Source: Amoebophrya sp. A120 (Eukaryota > Protista > Dinoflagellata). From it: a DNA stretch of 64,000 bases. Shown piece by piece: positions 35,201-46,554 of the stretch. The DNA lies in NCBI GenBank assembly GCA_905178155.1, contig CAJINV010000012.1:864004-928003 (forward strand), read 5' to 3'. The position numbers and the translations under genes are program-made. How positions within the stretch are numbered: position 1 is the stretch's first letter; each line of letters starts with the position of its first letter. The notes under the pieces are model-generated. The model did not search any database and was not told the DNA's origin. It worked only from the letters and a program-made list of their open reading frames with translations.

Positions 35201-37995
35201 TTGCTACGCGGAGAGGGCATTTGTCATGCGGAATGGGCATCAAGAATCCCTCAAAAAACCTGTGACGCTAGGGAATGCATTGCAGGCATCATGGGTCATG
35301 AGAAATATGCATGACAAATCTTGCATTCTTCCAGACCCAGACATTTTTGCATTTGATACCCACAGGGGGGCTTGCGGCTCCGCGGGGGTGTTCGTTGGCA
35401 GCCAGTGGTTGAATCCTGTGTCGAACTCGATCCCGAGCGCGGGCGGGTAGGCAGCTTCCTGCGCAGCACCTTCGTGGTTCACCAACATCGGGTAGAAGTC
35501 GCTCCTGGAACCGTAGCCCATCTGGCTGGTGCAATCGTCTAGCTCGGGTGGCAGAACAACATGGGTTTTCCAATGGTCCTCGCTGGAAATCCACTGGCCC
35601 TCCGAAGGCTTGTCGCACGTCGCCTTTAGGGCGTCCGTTCCGCTATCAACTGTAAAAGTGTCTGGGTCTGGAACATGCTGACACTTGTCATGCACGTTTT
35701 GCATGAGCCTTGATGTCTGTGATGCATGCCCTAGCATCACAGATTTATATTTTTTCAGAGCTTCTTGATGCCTATTCCGCATGACAAATGCCCGCTCCGC
35801 GTAGCAAAAATTACATTCCTTTTGGTACTCACGCAATACAGATTTTTCTGGAATCCAAATGCAGCATGACAAGTTGCATTCTTCCAGACCCAGACATTTT
35901 TACATTTGATATCCGCGGCAGTTGGACGTTTTCCACTCCCCGTTCGGGCGGTAGCGGTCGAGGTAGCCGTAGGTGTCGCACTGGCCAAGCAAGACCTGAT
36001 ATCAAATGTAAAAATGTCTGGGTCTGGAAGATTGCAACTTGTCATGCTAAATCTGCAGCATGCAAAAATCTGTGTTGCATGATTACCAAAAGTCGTCCAG
36101 TTTTGACCAAGTTGGGAGGTAGTTTCTCATGCAGGATAGGCATTAGAAAGGTCTCGCAGAACCTGTCATGCTAGGTCCTGCATTCCAGACCTCATGGGTC
36201 ATGGAAAAGCAGCATGGCAAATCGCGCATTCTTCCAGACCCAGACATTTTTACATTTGATACCTGAGCCCGGTACTTGTTGAAAAACTCCACGGGAATGT
36301 TGCTCACCAGCATCCATCGCTGCAGGAAGTCGCAGCCTTTTCCGCGGCCCGTCAGGACCAGCTGCTTCTCTACGCGCCCCAGAAGCCGGCCAATCAGGAC
36401 GTCGAAAACCTCAAAGGCGGTCTGTCCTATGGCGTTCTCAAATGTTACATCCTCAACTGCAAGGATACATGGTTTGTAATGCAAAATCACTATCAGAATC
36501 GACACGGTCAAGCCGCTTCGCATGGCAAATCCCCGAAGAGCCAAACAGGCCGAGAATCTTTGCCAGATCTGTCATACAAGACGCGCAAGGTGACCCCTTT
36601 CACTTTTGCCAGTCTTGCATCACAAATCCATGCAACAGTTGAGAATGTGACATTTGAGAACGCCATATGTCCTGAACTGGACTTGACGTGTCCCTTCAGG
36701 GCTTCGGCGTTGGACGTGTCGGCATTTCCCTCAGCGCCCGCCCACTTAAATTGCGAGGTGTCAACCACGTCGGCGGCAGCCGCAAAAAAGGGGACGAGCA
36801 CGTGAAATCGTTGATACTGCTCCTCCTTCCCGTCCACTAACTCTCCGTCTTCCGTTTGCCCGTTGAGGTCCTCGAACTCAGTCGCAAATTCGCTGCACAG
36901 GTCCTCAGTTCTTGGCTTCACGTTGTCGCTGTACAGGCTTGGAACCACGACCAGAAGCCGCCCGATCGGCCCGCCCTCGTCGCGGAAGCCCACTTGATCA
37001 TCAATATACCGGCTCACCGTGCGGTTCCAGTAGAGACTCTGCTCCGATTCGGGAGAGAGGAGGCCCTGATCAACGGTTGCGTAAGCCTGGATCTCCTGCG
37101 GGGCCTGGGGGACGAACTTACCCACGGTTCGCTCGCACTTCACGTTGTACTTGTAGTGCCACTGCAGTTTTTGTTTCTCCTTCAGCTTCTGCTGCTGTTC
37201 TAGGAAGGTCGTCGCGCTACTGGTACGGTCCTGGTCGTTCTCGTGGTCATATTTCGTGCCGTTCGTCATAATTTCCTCTACTCCGTTGAATATCTGACGG
37301 TCGCCGAGAGTGATCGGTCGGTGTCCTCGTGTGCTATTGCTCGGAAGAGCTGTGGCCGCGCCGCTCACTTCGTCAAGAAGCAGTAGAGAGTTGTGACCTA
37401 CGTCCTCACTTGAAAGCAAGTTCCTCGAGTTCTGGTGCTGTCCCCTTGTTTTCGCGTGTAGTTTCAAGAGACTTTTAGAAGTAGTTGTACTCGTCCGCTG
37501 GAGTAAAGAACCTCCTGCTCCTCCTGCTCCGCGACCTGAAATTTTAATGCTTTTCCGTGAAGTGGTCTCGGATGTGTCCTCGTCTTCTTGCGCGACGAAA
37601 TGCTTACTCTTCGTGGTCTTGCTTCGGAACGATGCTGCCGAACTCGCCGTGGTTCCTCCAGAAGTACTCTTCTGCAAAACTTTTTGATGGGTACTTGCAG
37701 GCGTAGTTTTCATTCCGGAGGTGGAAATTTTCTTTTTATCCATCACCTGCATCGCGGACACCAGCACGCCGGCGTTCCCCAAGATCAAGCTGATGCTGAT
37801 GCTGTCAGCAGATGACTTCCATGTTGTAGTAGAAGTCGCCAGCAGTAGAGAAACCCGCACTAGGTGCTGTAGTTTCAGCTGCGTGCCGCGAACGGCGCTT
37901 CGACAGCACGTGGAGGTGCTGAGAGTAGTCGACATGGTTTTCGTTTTTGTTCTTTGCAATTGACTCAGTCGGGGTGGTGGAAGAACAAGAAACAT
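29222..37995 (-). CDS. Large secreted/surface protein with Cys-rich repeats and an internally duplicated domain; 13 introners; start uncertain
   Basis: Repeats like CVENHCRCSYGEPL..CPEDG, CALNQCYCEFGLPL, CVANYCKCFNGVPL, CQLNHCDCAFG. Paired segments YCFEKGG/YCFEQGG, VVCFENK/VVCFENQ, VLWVGKG/MLWVGKA. Ends PPGCC*. Confidence 0.7.
29465..29703. mobile_element. TIR introner, family E
   Basis: DR GCGTG. Confidence 0.9.
29837..29989. mobile_element. TIR introner, family B
   Basis: DR CACCC/CACCG. Confidence 0.88.
30076..30388. mobile_element. TIR introner, family H
   Basis: DR CGGCT. Confidence 0.9.
30925..31199. mobile_element. TIR introner, family A
   Basis: DR AGCGT/CGCGT. Confidence 0.88.
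31840..32064. mobile_element. TIR introner, family C
   Basis: DR AGTGC/GGTGC. Confidence 0.88.
32157..32376. mobile_element. TIR introner, family C
   Basis: DR TCACC/TCACT. Confidence 0.88.
32571..32713. mobile_element. TIR introner, family F
   Basis: DR TCAGC. Confidence 0.9.
33045..33367. mobile_element. TIR introner, family L
   Basis: DR TCGTG; left end is CA instead of TA. Confidence 0.88.
34518..34798. mobile_element. TIR introner, family A
   Basis: DR CCGGC/CCGGT. Confidence 0.88.
35097..35358. mobile_element. TIR introner, family A, with no recognisable DR
   Basis: Flanks GGCTG vs CCCAC; frame is still restored by removing element plus 5 nt. Confidence 0.85.
35644..35911. mobile_element. 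TIR introner, family A
   Basis: DR TCCGC. Confidence 0.9.
36000..36261. mobile_element. TIR introner, family A
   Basis: DR CCTGA. Confidence 0.9.
36428..36667. mobile_element. TIR introner, family E
   Basis: DR TGTCC. Confidence 0.9.
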
Positions 37996-38621
37996 GTAAG
38001 TAATTGAAACAGAACAAAAAACTCGTTGTGAAAGTGAAAAATTGGGTACCTGCTCCTAGTGGAGGTTACTATAGTAGACCTGTAGTAGAAGGGAATTTTC
38101 AACTGATTGACCAAAAAGTGAGGCAATCAGCACGAGCGCGTTGGAACGATTGGTAGAATTTCAACGACAGTTCTTGGCAACTTCTGTGCCTCTGCAAGAA
38201 CCAAACAAAGAAACGAAGACCTGTTTAAGTATTTTATGACAGAACCACGACAAGCATTTCGTGCGACACTACTTGCACGAAGCTTTTTTGTTTCTTTGGT
38301 CATTTTGCTTTGAACGAAGATGAAGACGAGCAGGGCTGTATTGAATGAAAACAAGATGAGAAGCCTGGCGGCTTTTCCGTGACGGGTTGTTGCACGAAGG
38401 AAAAGGACGACAAACGTATGGCGAAGGACGACATGACGACTTTCATTTTTTACCATGTACTAACATAACACTTTCATTTCATTCTAACACACGATTCCTG
38501 ATCGCTGCAATGACTTGGAACACATCAGTAGAACCGCACCTAAATTCAATTTAGAAATTGTCATGTCGCTTCTCAGAGTGAAAATTGTTTGTTCTCAAAC
38601 ATTCTCCACAACTCGTCGCTG

Positions 38622-39878
38622 TTATTCATTCACTTGCGTGACCCTTCCACAATCGAGACACTCGTAGCGAATGTAATCGCGGGCCATTTTGCCCGCTGGA
38701 ACTTTCCCGAAGGTCCGCAAACAGCGGCCCACGCCGCAGGCCGGACAGGGGACGGTATCTTCGTAGTTGATTTTCTTTTTCGGCGAATCGTTTCCAAATA
38801 GCCCTTTCGATGCCTGTTCCAGCGCGACTTCCGGATTCTCCTCCAGCAGAAGGTATTCCAACGGGATTTCTCTGCCGAGAATCCTGTTTCGAAGGTCGTC
38901 TAGCGGTAATTTGTGCCAGCTGAGTTTCTGCTCCGTGCTGAAGGTCGATGGAGGGGGGGCGGAGCGCGTCGTTGAAGAGGTTCTTGTCGGGGCTAGGTTC
39001 GTCGCGTCATGATGATTTAGCGCAGGTTGTAGAGCTATGTTTTTAGCATCATGATCGCCCGCCCGACCAGTTGTATCTTTCGCCTCGTCGCTCTTCTTTG
39101 CCACCGAACTTGAGCTTGATGAGGGGGACGAGGAGGAGGAAAAAGACGAAGAGGCAACACTAACTGTTGGATTTTTCGAATTTGCAGTTGACAACACCGC
39201 CGAGAGCTTGTTTATTCCATCCTCCTTGCCTCCTGCTCCTGCCGTTACTGATGTCACACAAGAAGTACTACTAGAGCTGGCATTTTTGCCGCTACTCGAC
39301 GATGCGGCTTCTGCGCTGGCTCCGATTCTGATTTCATCTCCAACTACAACTGCCGACGATGAAGCAGACCCCGAGCAAGGTCCCCGCGGTGGCGGGGGAG
39401 GTAGTGGTATCGCTACCCCTGCTGTTACCGGTACAACCGGAAGCGCGCCGCTTGCAGTAGTACTACTTCCACTAGAAGCTGATCTTCCCCCCGTCGGCAC
39501 CCCCGTGAGGACTGCTGGAAGAGCCTGAAACCTCTTCACAATTCGCAGCACCGCCGCCTTCCTTGACGCAGCCGTCTTGCACTTCCGCTCCAGAAGCTCC
39601 ACGAGCTCTTCCACGACGGGTTTCTTGATTGTTTCGAGATCGTCTTGCTGGCCCGCAAAAGCATCTTGTTGAGTCTGCGCAGTAGAAGATGTTGAACCAA
39701 ATATCGTTTTCAGTTTTTCGATCCACGCGTCCGGCAGTTTTCCCCCGTCGTGCTGAATACTGACGGCGTTGTTTTTTCGTACGTTTTTCCCGCTTTTTTG
39801 CAATCGCTGCTCCAGGGAGGAGGGCTTCTTCTTGTTCGGGCCGGATTTGGCTTTGCTCGTCTTGCTCTTGGGCGGCAT
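38622..39878 (-). CDS. TFIIS-like protein with C-terminal C4 zinc ribbon, intronless
   Basis: LRNRILGREIPLEYLL (TFIIS central-domain-like) then CPACG...YECLDCG. Likely ATG at MPPKSK (39878). Confidence 0.6.
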   Translation of the reverse strand: MPPKSKTSKAKSGPNKKKPSSLEQRLQKSGKNVRKNNAVSIQHDGGKLPDAWIEKLKTIFGSTSSTAQTQQDAFAGQQDDLETIKKPVVEELVELLERKCKTAASRKAAVLRIVKRFQALPAVLTGVPTGGRSASSGSSTTASGALPVVPVTAGVAIPLPPPPPRGPCSGSASSSAVVVGDEIRIGASAEAASSSSGKNASSSSTSCVTSVTAGAGGKEDGINKLSAVLSTANSKNPTVSVASSSFSSSSSPSSSSSSVAKKSDEAKDTTGRAGDHDAKNIALQPALNHHDATNLAPTRTSSTTRSAPPPSTFSTEQKLSWHKLPLDDLRNRILGREIPLEYLLLEENPEVALEQASKGLFGNDSPKKKINYEDTVPCPACGVGRCLRTFGKVPAGKMARDYIRYECLDCGRVTQVNE

Positions 39879-40961
39879 GATTGATGTTGAGGTCGTCGCT
39901 GTTCCTACGTGCAAGGTACAACCGGTCGTGCTATAGATCGACAATTCATTAGAAGTTTTAATCATTTCTGAATGAAAACTACTTCTACCCTCGCAAGTTG
40001 TAATGTACTCAGATTTTCTTGATTTCACAAAGAACGTAATGCGGCCTGGTGGCAATGGACATACTTTATAAATATTCAAAGAAGCACAAATACGAATAGT
40101 TGAACGTGATCGAGGATACCTCCAGCTTCACCACGACCGCAGCAATGCGGTAAAAGGGCCACGATGCTTTTTCTCAGATCGCACGACTTACATCAACGCT
40201 CGCCCAGCATCGAAGACGACTCAACGACAACTTCATCTGGGCATAAAAATATTTGGCGATCCTCCAGCTTCTAATTCGATCGCCTCTAAGTGCTAGAGGT
40301 CGCGGATCTTGCTCTTAGAAAAAGCTTCACAGACCCCTGCTGCTGCCCACTTTCGGTAAAAACCTGCCAAATGAGACCCGGCTTATCTGATAAATAGAGA
40401 AACAGGAAGGCGCTGTTGCTGATGATCTTTGAATTGACGTATATACAGTGTGACAGGAAACAAAGCCGCGACCTTCGAATCGATTTGTCAATGGCGAAGT
40501 TGTCAACAAACCGAGAGCAGGACAAGCTCAAAATAATTCGGGGCATTAACAGAAACATTTTTTTCGCTGCTGCTTTTTTGGATCATAATCAACGTCAAAG
40601 GTGTGGTGCTGTCGTAGATTGAATCAGAAAGAAAGGCTGTTGCTGTGTACTAAAGAAACTAGGCTGTGGAAATGGTATTGGTAAAAGATACAGGCATAAT
40701 ATCTGCTAATCGTCAAGTAGAAGAAGGTGAAGAAGGTGTAGCAAAGCGTAAAAGCTACTTGTACTTCCACCACCAGTTAAAGCTGCGGCTACATTGTTTT
40801 TGCTCCTCTGTCTACAAGTAGATAGCGAGCGTATGTGTTGGTATCAAGTGGAAGGAGCCGGCAGTAGTTACAGTGAAGATGCGACTAAGAATCTCGTTTA
40901 TTCTAACTATAATAAAATTGTTTGAAAGATTGTGATTTTCCCAAACAAGCACGAACCGTGT

Positions 40962-42080
40962 TCACACGGTCCGCTTAATGCAGACCGCGTCCATCTTCCT
41001 CGTAAATTCCCCCTTCACCCGCGGAATACGGTTCGTTTCCAGCCCGACCGTTGGATCTGCCTTCCCCATTTCCTTCTTGTAGATGCTCGTGTAGGGGTTT
41101 TTGTCGTAGTTCCACCCGTTTTTGGTTTTCTCCGCGATGACCGAGTGTAAGTCTTTTGATACCTGATAGAGTTTGTGATGCGTGGTGCGGCGCACATCAT
41201 TGAAATTCATTTTCATACCATCGCGAAATAAAATGCCATGGTTGTGATGCACAAGTACAGGAGGTGCGCATCACCACGACAAGCACATTAACGGAACCAA
41301 AATTTTCATACTTCGATCGGGTGCGATCCCTCGTAGAATTTTTCTACGGTCAGATTTGTCTTCACACCGTCGACACTCGCGACCGCTGGGGCCTGGTAGA
41401 AATACTGCGTTGAGGTGATGCATATGCCTTGCAAAAGTATCGTAATCGTACTGCTTGCAACTGTGCAACATGACAAATGTTGTCCTTCCGGTAAAACAGC
41501 ATGACAAAGTCTAGTTCTCATGCTGAGAACATTTGTATATGCATTTATACGAGTACGATACTTTTGCAGAGAATAATGTAGGCCTTCTGCTTCAGGCCCT
41601 TTGTCGTGCTCATGTCCCCGCTGTGCCCGAAGAGCAGGTTTGCGTCCATGCCATTGTAGCGGATCAGGGGCTCCTTCTCCAGCTCGCGCAAAATCTCCCT
41701 ATGCACTGCAAAAGCATCGCACTCGTAGCACTTATCGTAGCCATGCATTACAAGTCTCTGTCTTGAGGTACATCCGCATTACATATTCCATTTTTCATCA
41801 TCCTGAGGAAATTTGTCATGCGATTTCTACTAACACGATACTTTTGCAATTCATACTCCTCCTCCGCAGACGAGACGTTCCCCGACGCCGGGGCCGTGGT
41901 GGTCTTGGAACCCCCGGTTTTGGCCTGCATGCTCTGCGCAAACTCCCTTGGGTCGCGGAAGGCGGACTGGGCGATGGAAGTTGGCGTGGGATAGGTCATC
42001 TTGCCCTTTGCAACCAGCTCCTTGCCAAACTGATCCTCATTGAAATTGTGGATCAGCACGCCCGGCCGGAAATCCGTCAT
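40962..42080 (-). CDS. Small protein with N-terminal GVLIHNFNED motif, possibly an axonemal microtubule inner protein (CFAP107-like)
   Basis: MTDFRPGVLIHNFNEDQFG resembles the NWE motif of ciliary MIPs. Two family F introners and GT-AG intron 41163-41311 (HPIE|VSKD in frame). Confidence 0.5.
41423..41575. mobile_element. TIR introner, family F
   Basis: DR ATGCA/ATGTA. Confidence 0.88.
41700..41855. mobile_element. TIR introner, family F
   Basis: DR CTCCC/CTCCT. Confidence 0.88.
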
Positions 42081-42778
42081 GGTTTCAGATTTTTTCAATG
42101 AAGAACCGAAAAAAAAAACTACAACGATGTGGGGATCAGATCACATTTTTAGTGCCACCTCGCTCTGCTCGCACAAGGAGAGGTGGAAAACGAGAAAATT
42201 TCCGTTAGTGTAGTCTTCGTGTAGGAGGTACAACGTAGAGAGCACTCATGCTACTCGATTTCGACGAAGTAGCCGACGTGGTTCTTCATAATTTTCAGTC
42301 CTCACGTTCGATTGCGTTCCCCCCTCCCAAAGTTGAAACAACGACGTAATCCTAAAAATCCTACGACCCACGTCTTGCACTTATTCAATAACGTCAACAA
42401 CTTCGTCTCATCTTCTTCATCCTACAACGACACCGATCATACTTACTACACGTACACAGAGGGCAAGGCCGGCCTACTACGCAAAAATCTCTCGACGAGA
42501 ACCCAGAAGCAGAAACCCAGCTCAAAAATCTGTTAGTCTTAGTTTCTACTGCGATGACTTAAACTTCACCGACGGAGACGAAACAAGGCAGGGTATTACT
42601 GGACAACATGAGTACTACGAAGATACACCCAAACCAGAACAGCAGTTCTCCAAGCGTTTCTACTTTGACGCAGTGCAGCGCCTGGCCTTCGCGTTTGATT
42701 CAGTTTGATTTTTCGAAGTTCTGCAAATTTTTTTGTCGCTACTAGCTGCTTTAGTTTCCAATCGGATGGAAAGCAAAA

Positions 42779-45700
42779 TCAATCCCGGATGGGGCTCCCA
42801 TAGGTGTGATTGATCTTGGACGAGGAGGTCGTCGTGTAGTGTTGTTGCTGGGTAATTATATTTTTACCAGCGGAAGTGGATGTTGACCCTGCCGTGGCGT
42901 AACTACTGCTGTAGTCATGGTCCATATTAACACCGCCGGCCGGGGATACGACATCCGCTAAGGACGTTCTGTTCTCAAACCCTCCTGGATCGAGACTTTT
43001 CGAGCCACCCGCCGCAGAACTGCTATCAAAGTGGATGAAGTCGTCTCTTATCGTGAAGTACGTCAGGAAGTTCACAAACGCACACAGCAAGAAGCAGTCC
43101 AACGCCCTCCCGATCGCGACGTCCTTCCCGAGAACCTGCATGTAGTGGGCAACAATGATGGGCGCAAACCCCTTGCCCAAGTCGTCCGTCAACGTCACCA
43201 AGCCGCACACCGTGCCCCGGATCTGGCTGCCGTTGCAGTTTAGCAGTAAACCTTTCACCGTCGGCCCTGTGATCGCACCGAAACCCGCGAAAATTGCGAG
43301 AACGTAGATTAACAACTGCGTGGTCGTGTAGGCGGCGTTATTACTAGATGTTTCTCCGTTCTGTTTCCGATCGGTTAAGGAAACTAGAAACAGGATTCCG
43401 CGGAGGCAAAACCAGACGATGACCGCTGGAACGGAGGAAAGCAAAGCGAGGTTCCTCGGGTTGAATTTCGAGAAGTAGTTCGCGAGCCAGGACGAGAGAA
43501 TGACCAGGACCATGCCAGACGCCTATGCATTGCAAAAGTATCGTACGGTACTAGTTGTAATCGCATTACAAATTGGCTCAGCATGACAAATGGAATTTGT
43601 CATGCTTTTTTGCCTTGGGATGGAGTTTTGTAAATGCATGACTGCGATTGCTACGAGTACGATACTTTTGCACAGGATAACACCATGAAGATCCCGATCA
43701 CGTAGGTGGCTGATTTTAGTGGGTAGTTCAAATCGTGGTGCATGTAATCCAACACGTACACCTGTACCGTCGCCCAGGGCACGCACCCGGGGATGGACTG
43801 GAGCAGGCACAGGCTTGTCGTGGGGTTATTCGTTACGCCTCGGTAGAGTCGCTTGTGCAACTCCAGCTTCTTCCATTCTTCTTTCAGCTTGTTCGCTTGG
43901 CGTTGCTGGGAGGAAGGGGTGGAGGGTGGAACTATTGCATGATTTAGTCCCGCTGCTGCGTTGCTGGGAGATGTTGTTCCTGCTGTATGGTTGTGCTGAT
44001 GGCGCCCGGACATGATGGGGGAGTGGTCCAGATTATCCATCTCGCCGGGGAAAGCGTTTTCAATGTCCGTATTACTGCCGGAGTTCGGGTATTGATGCGC
44101 GCCATTTGATGTTCCTGCACTGTGCTGTCGATTAGAAGTACCACCTCCGGCGCCCATGTCATCTCCCACAATCTCCGACGACCTAGATCGCTGCTTCGAT
44201 GCGCTTCGGGAGAGTCTGGGTCTTTCCCGTTTCGGCTCTATCACCGACAAAACTGCGAAGACCGAGATCACCAAAGACGGCAACGCGATGAGAAAGAAGA
44301 CGAAGCGCCACCCAGTTTGCGTCCCGATGATGCCGGAAAGGAAGGTGCCGATGCCAATCCCCGCGGCGGTTCCGGAGGCGACGAGGGTGCCGATGAAGGC
44401 TTTCCAGGAGGGCGGGAAAATGTCGGCGAGGACAGAGTAGATGATAGGGTAGGAACCGCCGACCTGTGAAAGCGTAGATCATGCTAATGTATGATTACAA
44501 CTACAGGAGAAATGAAACAGCAGCTGTTCCTACTCCTGGGTAGCTTGTTGCACCTAATGACGTGAAGGCTAAGTAGGCAAAGTATCTTTTAAACCAATAC
44601 CAATCAATCTATACACTGATCCCCGTCAAAATCCTCTGCGTCATGAAACAGTAGAAGCCAAACAGCCCGTTGGGAATGAAGATGGTCAACAGGCACGGTA
44701 AAGAGCCTACCCAAATGACCAGCACCAGTAATCGCACTCGCGGGTACACGTCGGCCATGGGGCCGATGAGCAAGGTTGCCAGCCCGCCGAGGATGAAGAA
44801 CCCAAATTGCGCCTCACCACCCAGTTGCTGCAATTTCCGGTGGTCCACGCAACTGTCCTGCTGTTTTGTGTATCCTGTGCAAGAATATCGCACTCGTACT
44901 CGTAGTAATCGCAGTCATGCATTACAAATCTTTGCCCCAAGGTGAAACAGCATGACAAATTCCATTTGCCATGCTGAGCTAATTCGTAATGCGATTACCT
45001 CTACTAGTACGATGCTCCTTTTGCAATCCATATTGTGTCGTCCGGAAATTCCGCTTGGCACGTTTCCCGGAAAAAATCGTCCGCAATGTCGGACAAGTGC
45101 GGGCTGGCGAGGTTCTGATCCGCAGAAAGGAGAACGACGGAGAGGGTCAGCAACCCCGCGGAAAACCGCATGTACTTCGGGTTTCTGCGGTAAACGGAGT
45201 CGTCGGGGGAATCGTCGTCATTTGCTAGTTGTAGTGGTCCCCCACCTCCCGGACTTCTGTAGTCATCAACCGGCGTGGTTTGCATCAGCCGGCTCATCTG
45301 GCTATCAAATGCAAAAGTGTCTGGGTCTGGAAGGTTGGTTGGAACTTGTGATGCTAACTTTGGACTCTAAAAAAAAAAGTATTGCATGAGGACCAGCAAG
45401 AGGAGTCTAGTTTGTGCTACACGGGACGAGGGCGTTTGTCATGCGAAGTAGGCATCAGGAAGGCTTCTAAAAGTGTGTGATGGTAGGGCCTGCATCACAC
45501 ACAATCCTGGGCAATGCAAAACATGCATGACAAGTCTCAGAATCTTCCAGACCCAGACACTTTTGCATTCGATACTGGCTCTGCGTGTGGCTGTCATCGG
45601 AATACTGCAGCATCGACAGCATGTATCGCAAGAAAAAACTGCTTCCCTGTGAACTTGTGATGCAGAAAATGTATCTCACAGGTGTTTGTCTTGCTACACA

Positions 45701-46322
45701 TGCAAGACAGTGGCTTTGTGCTGTGTTTTCCCTTCGGAGCGCTGCATGGCAAATTTTCTCTGCCATGTAGAACAAACAAACTTGTGATGCAAAACCTGCA
45801 AAATCCTTACAGTGAAACACTTTTTTCGTACGATAGCATGCCATTGGTCGGGGTGGACGCGCCGTGGAGGACGTTGGGGTCTGTTGTGGTTGCGATGTAG
45901 GGGGAAGATGAGGAAGCGGAACTACCGCCGCCAAGGTTCAACCCCATGCCCATGCCGCCGTGCGGCTGCTGAGAGGTTGTGCTAGAGTTGTTGCTCATGC
46001 TGTAGGTGTCTCTAGGCCGGTTATTTTTAAAACGAGAGAATGAGGAGGAAGCTCCTGCACCGGTACTGCTATTCGTCGTGGAAAGTGAGCTTACCGTCCT
46101 GGCTAAGAGACCGGTCGAGATCACGTCGAAATCATCGACATCGTCGTCGAAGGTGAAGGAGGTGTTAAATGGGTTATGATTTGTTCCTGATGGACTTGCC
46201 GTGGCCGCCGAGTTTCGGAGTTTGGACTTCGAATTGTGACGTCTAGCTGCATTTTTTTGTTGGTGTTGTGTTGAAGAAGTCGAAGTAGAAGAAGACACTC
46301 CGGGAGGGGAAAAGTCGTCCAT
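42779..46322 (-). CDS. Major facilitator superfamily transporter, Spinster-like; 4 introners plus 1 GT-AG intron
   Basis: LLSADQNLASPHL, GPMADVYPRVRLL (motif A-like), RILTGIS|VGGSYPIIYSVLADIFP, GWRFVFF, QSIPGCVPW, DDLGKGFAP. Canonical intron 44464-44614. Confidence 0.88.
43524..43679. mobile_element. TIR introner, family F
   Basis: DR ACGCC/ACACC. Confidence 0.88.
44871..45032. mobile_element. TIR introner, family F
   Basis: DR TTGTG. Confidence 0.9.
45303..45574. mobile_element. TIR introner, family A
   Basis: DR CTGGC. Confidence 0.9.
45624..45835. mobile_element. TIR introner, family N
   Basis: GAAAAAA.TG.TTC.CTGT arms; DR GCATG. Confidence 0.88.
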
Positions 46323-46554
46323 TCACCGACTTTTGAAGTTCCGTATTCGGCTCGTCACCAGTAGCAGGCACGGCAGGAGCAGCTAGAGAATCTGCTCGGC
46401 TGGTGAAAGTGCAGCTTGGCGGACTACTTTGTGATTGCGATTGGGACCGCCGGTCGGCGCACGCATTCGCAGTTCACGTCGTACACGTTACACCTTCACC
46501 TATGGCATAATTATAATAATACAAAATCTGGTCCGGGCCTCCGTATAAATATAA

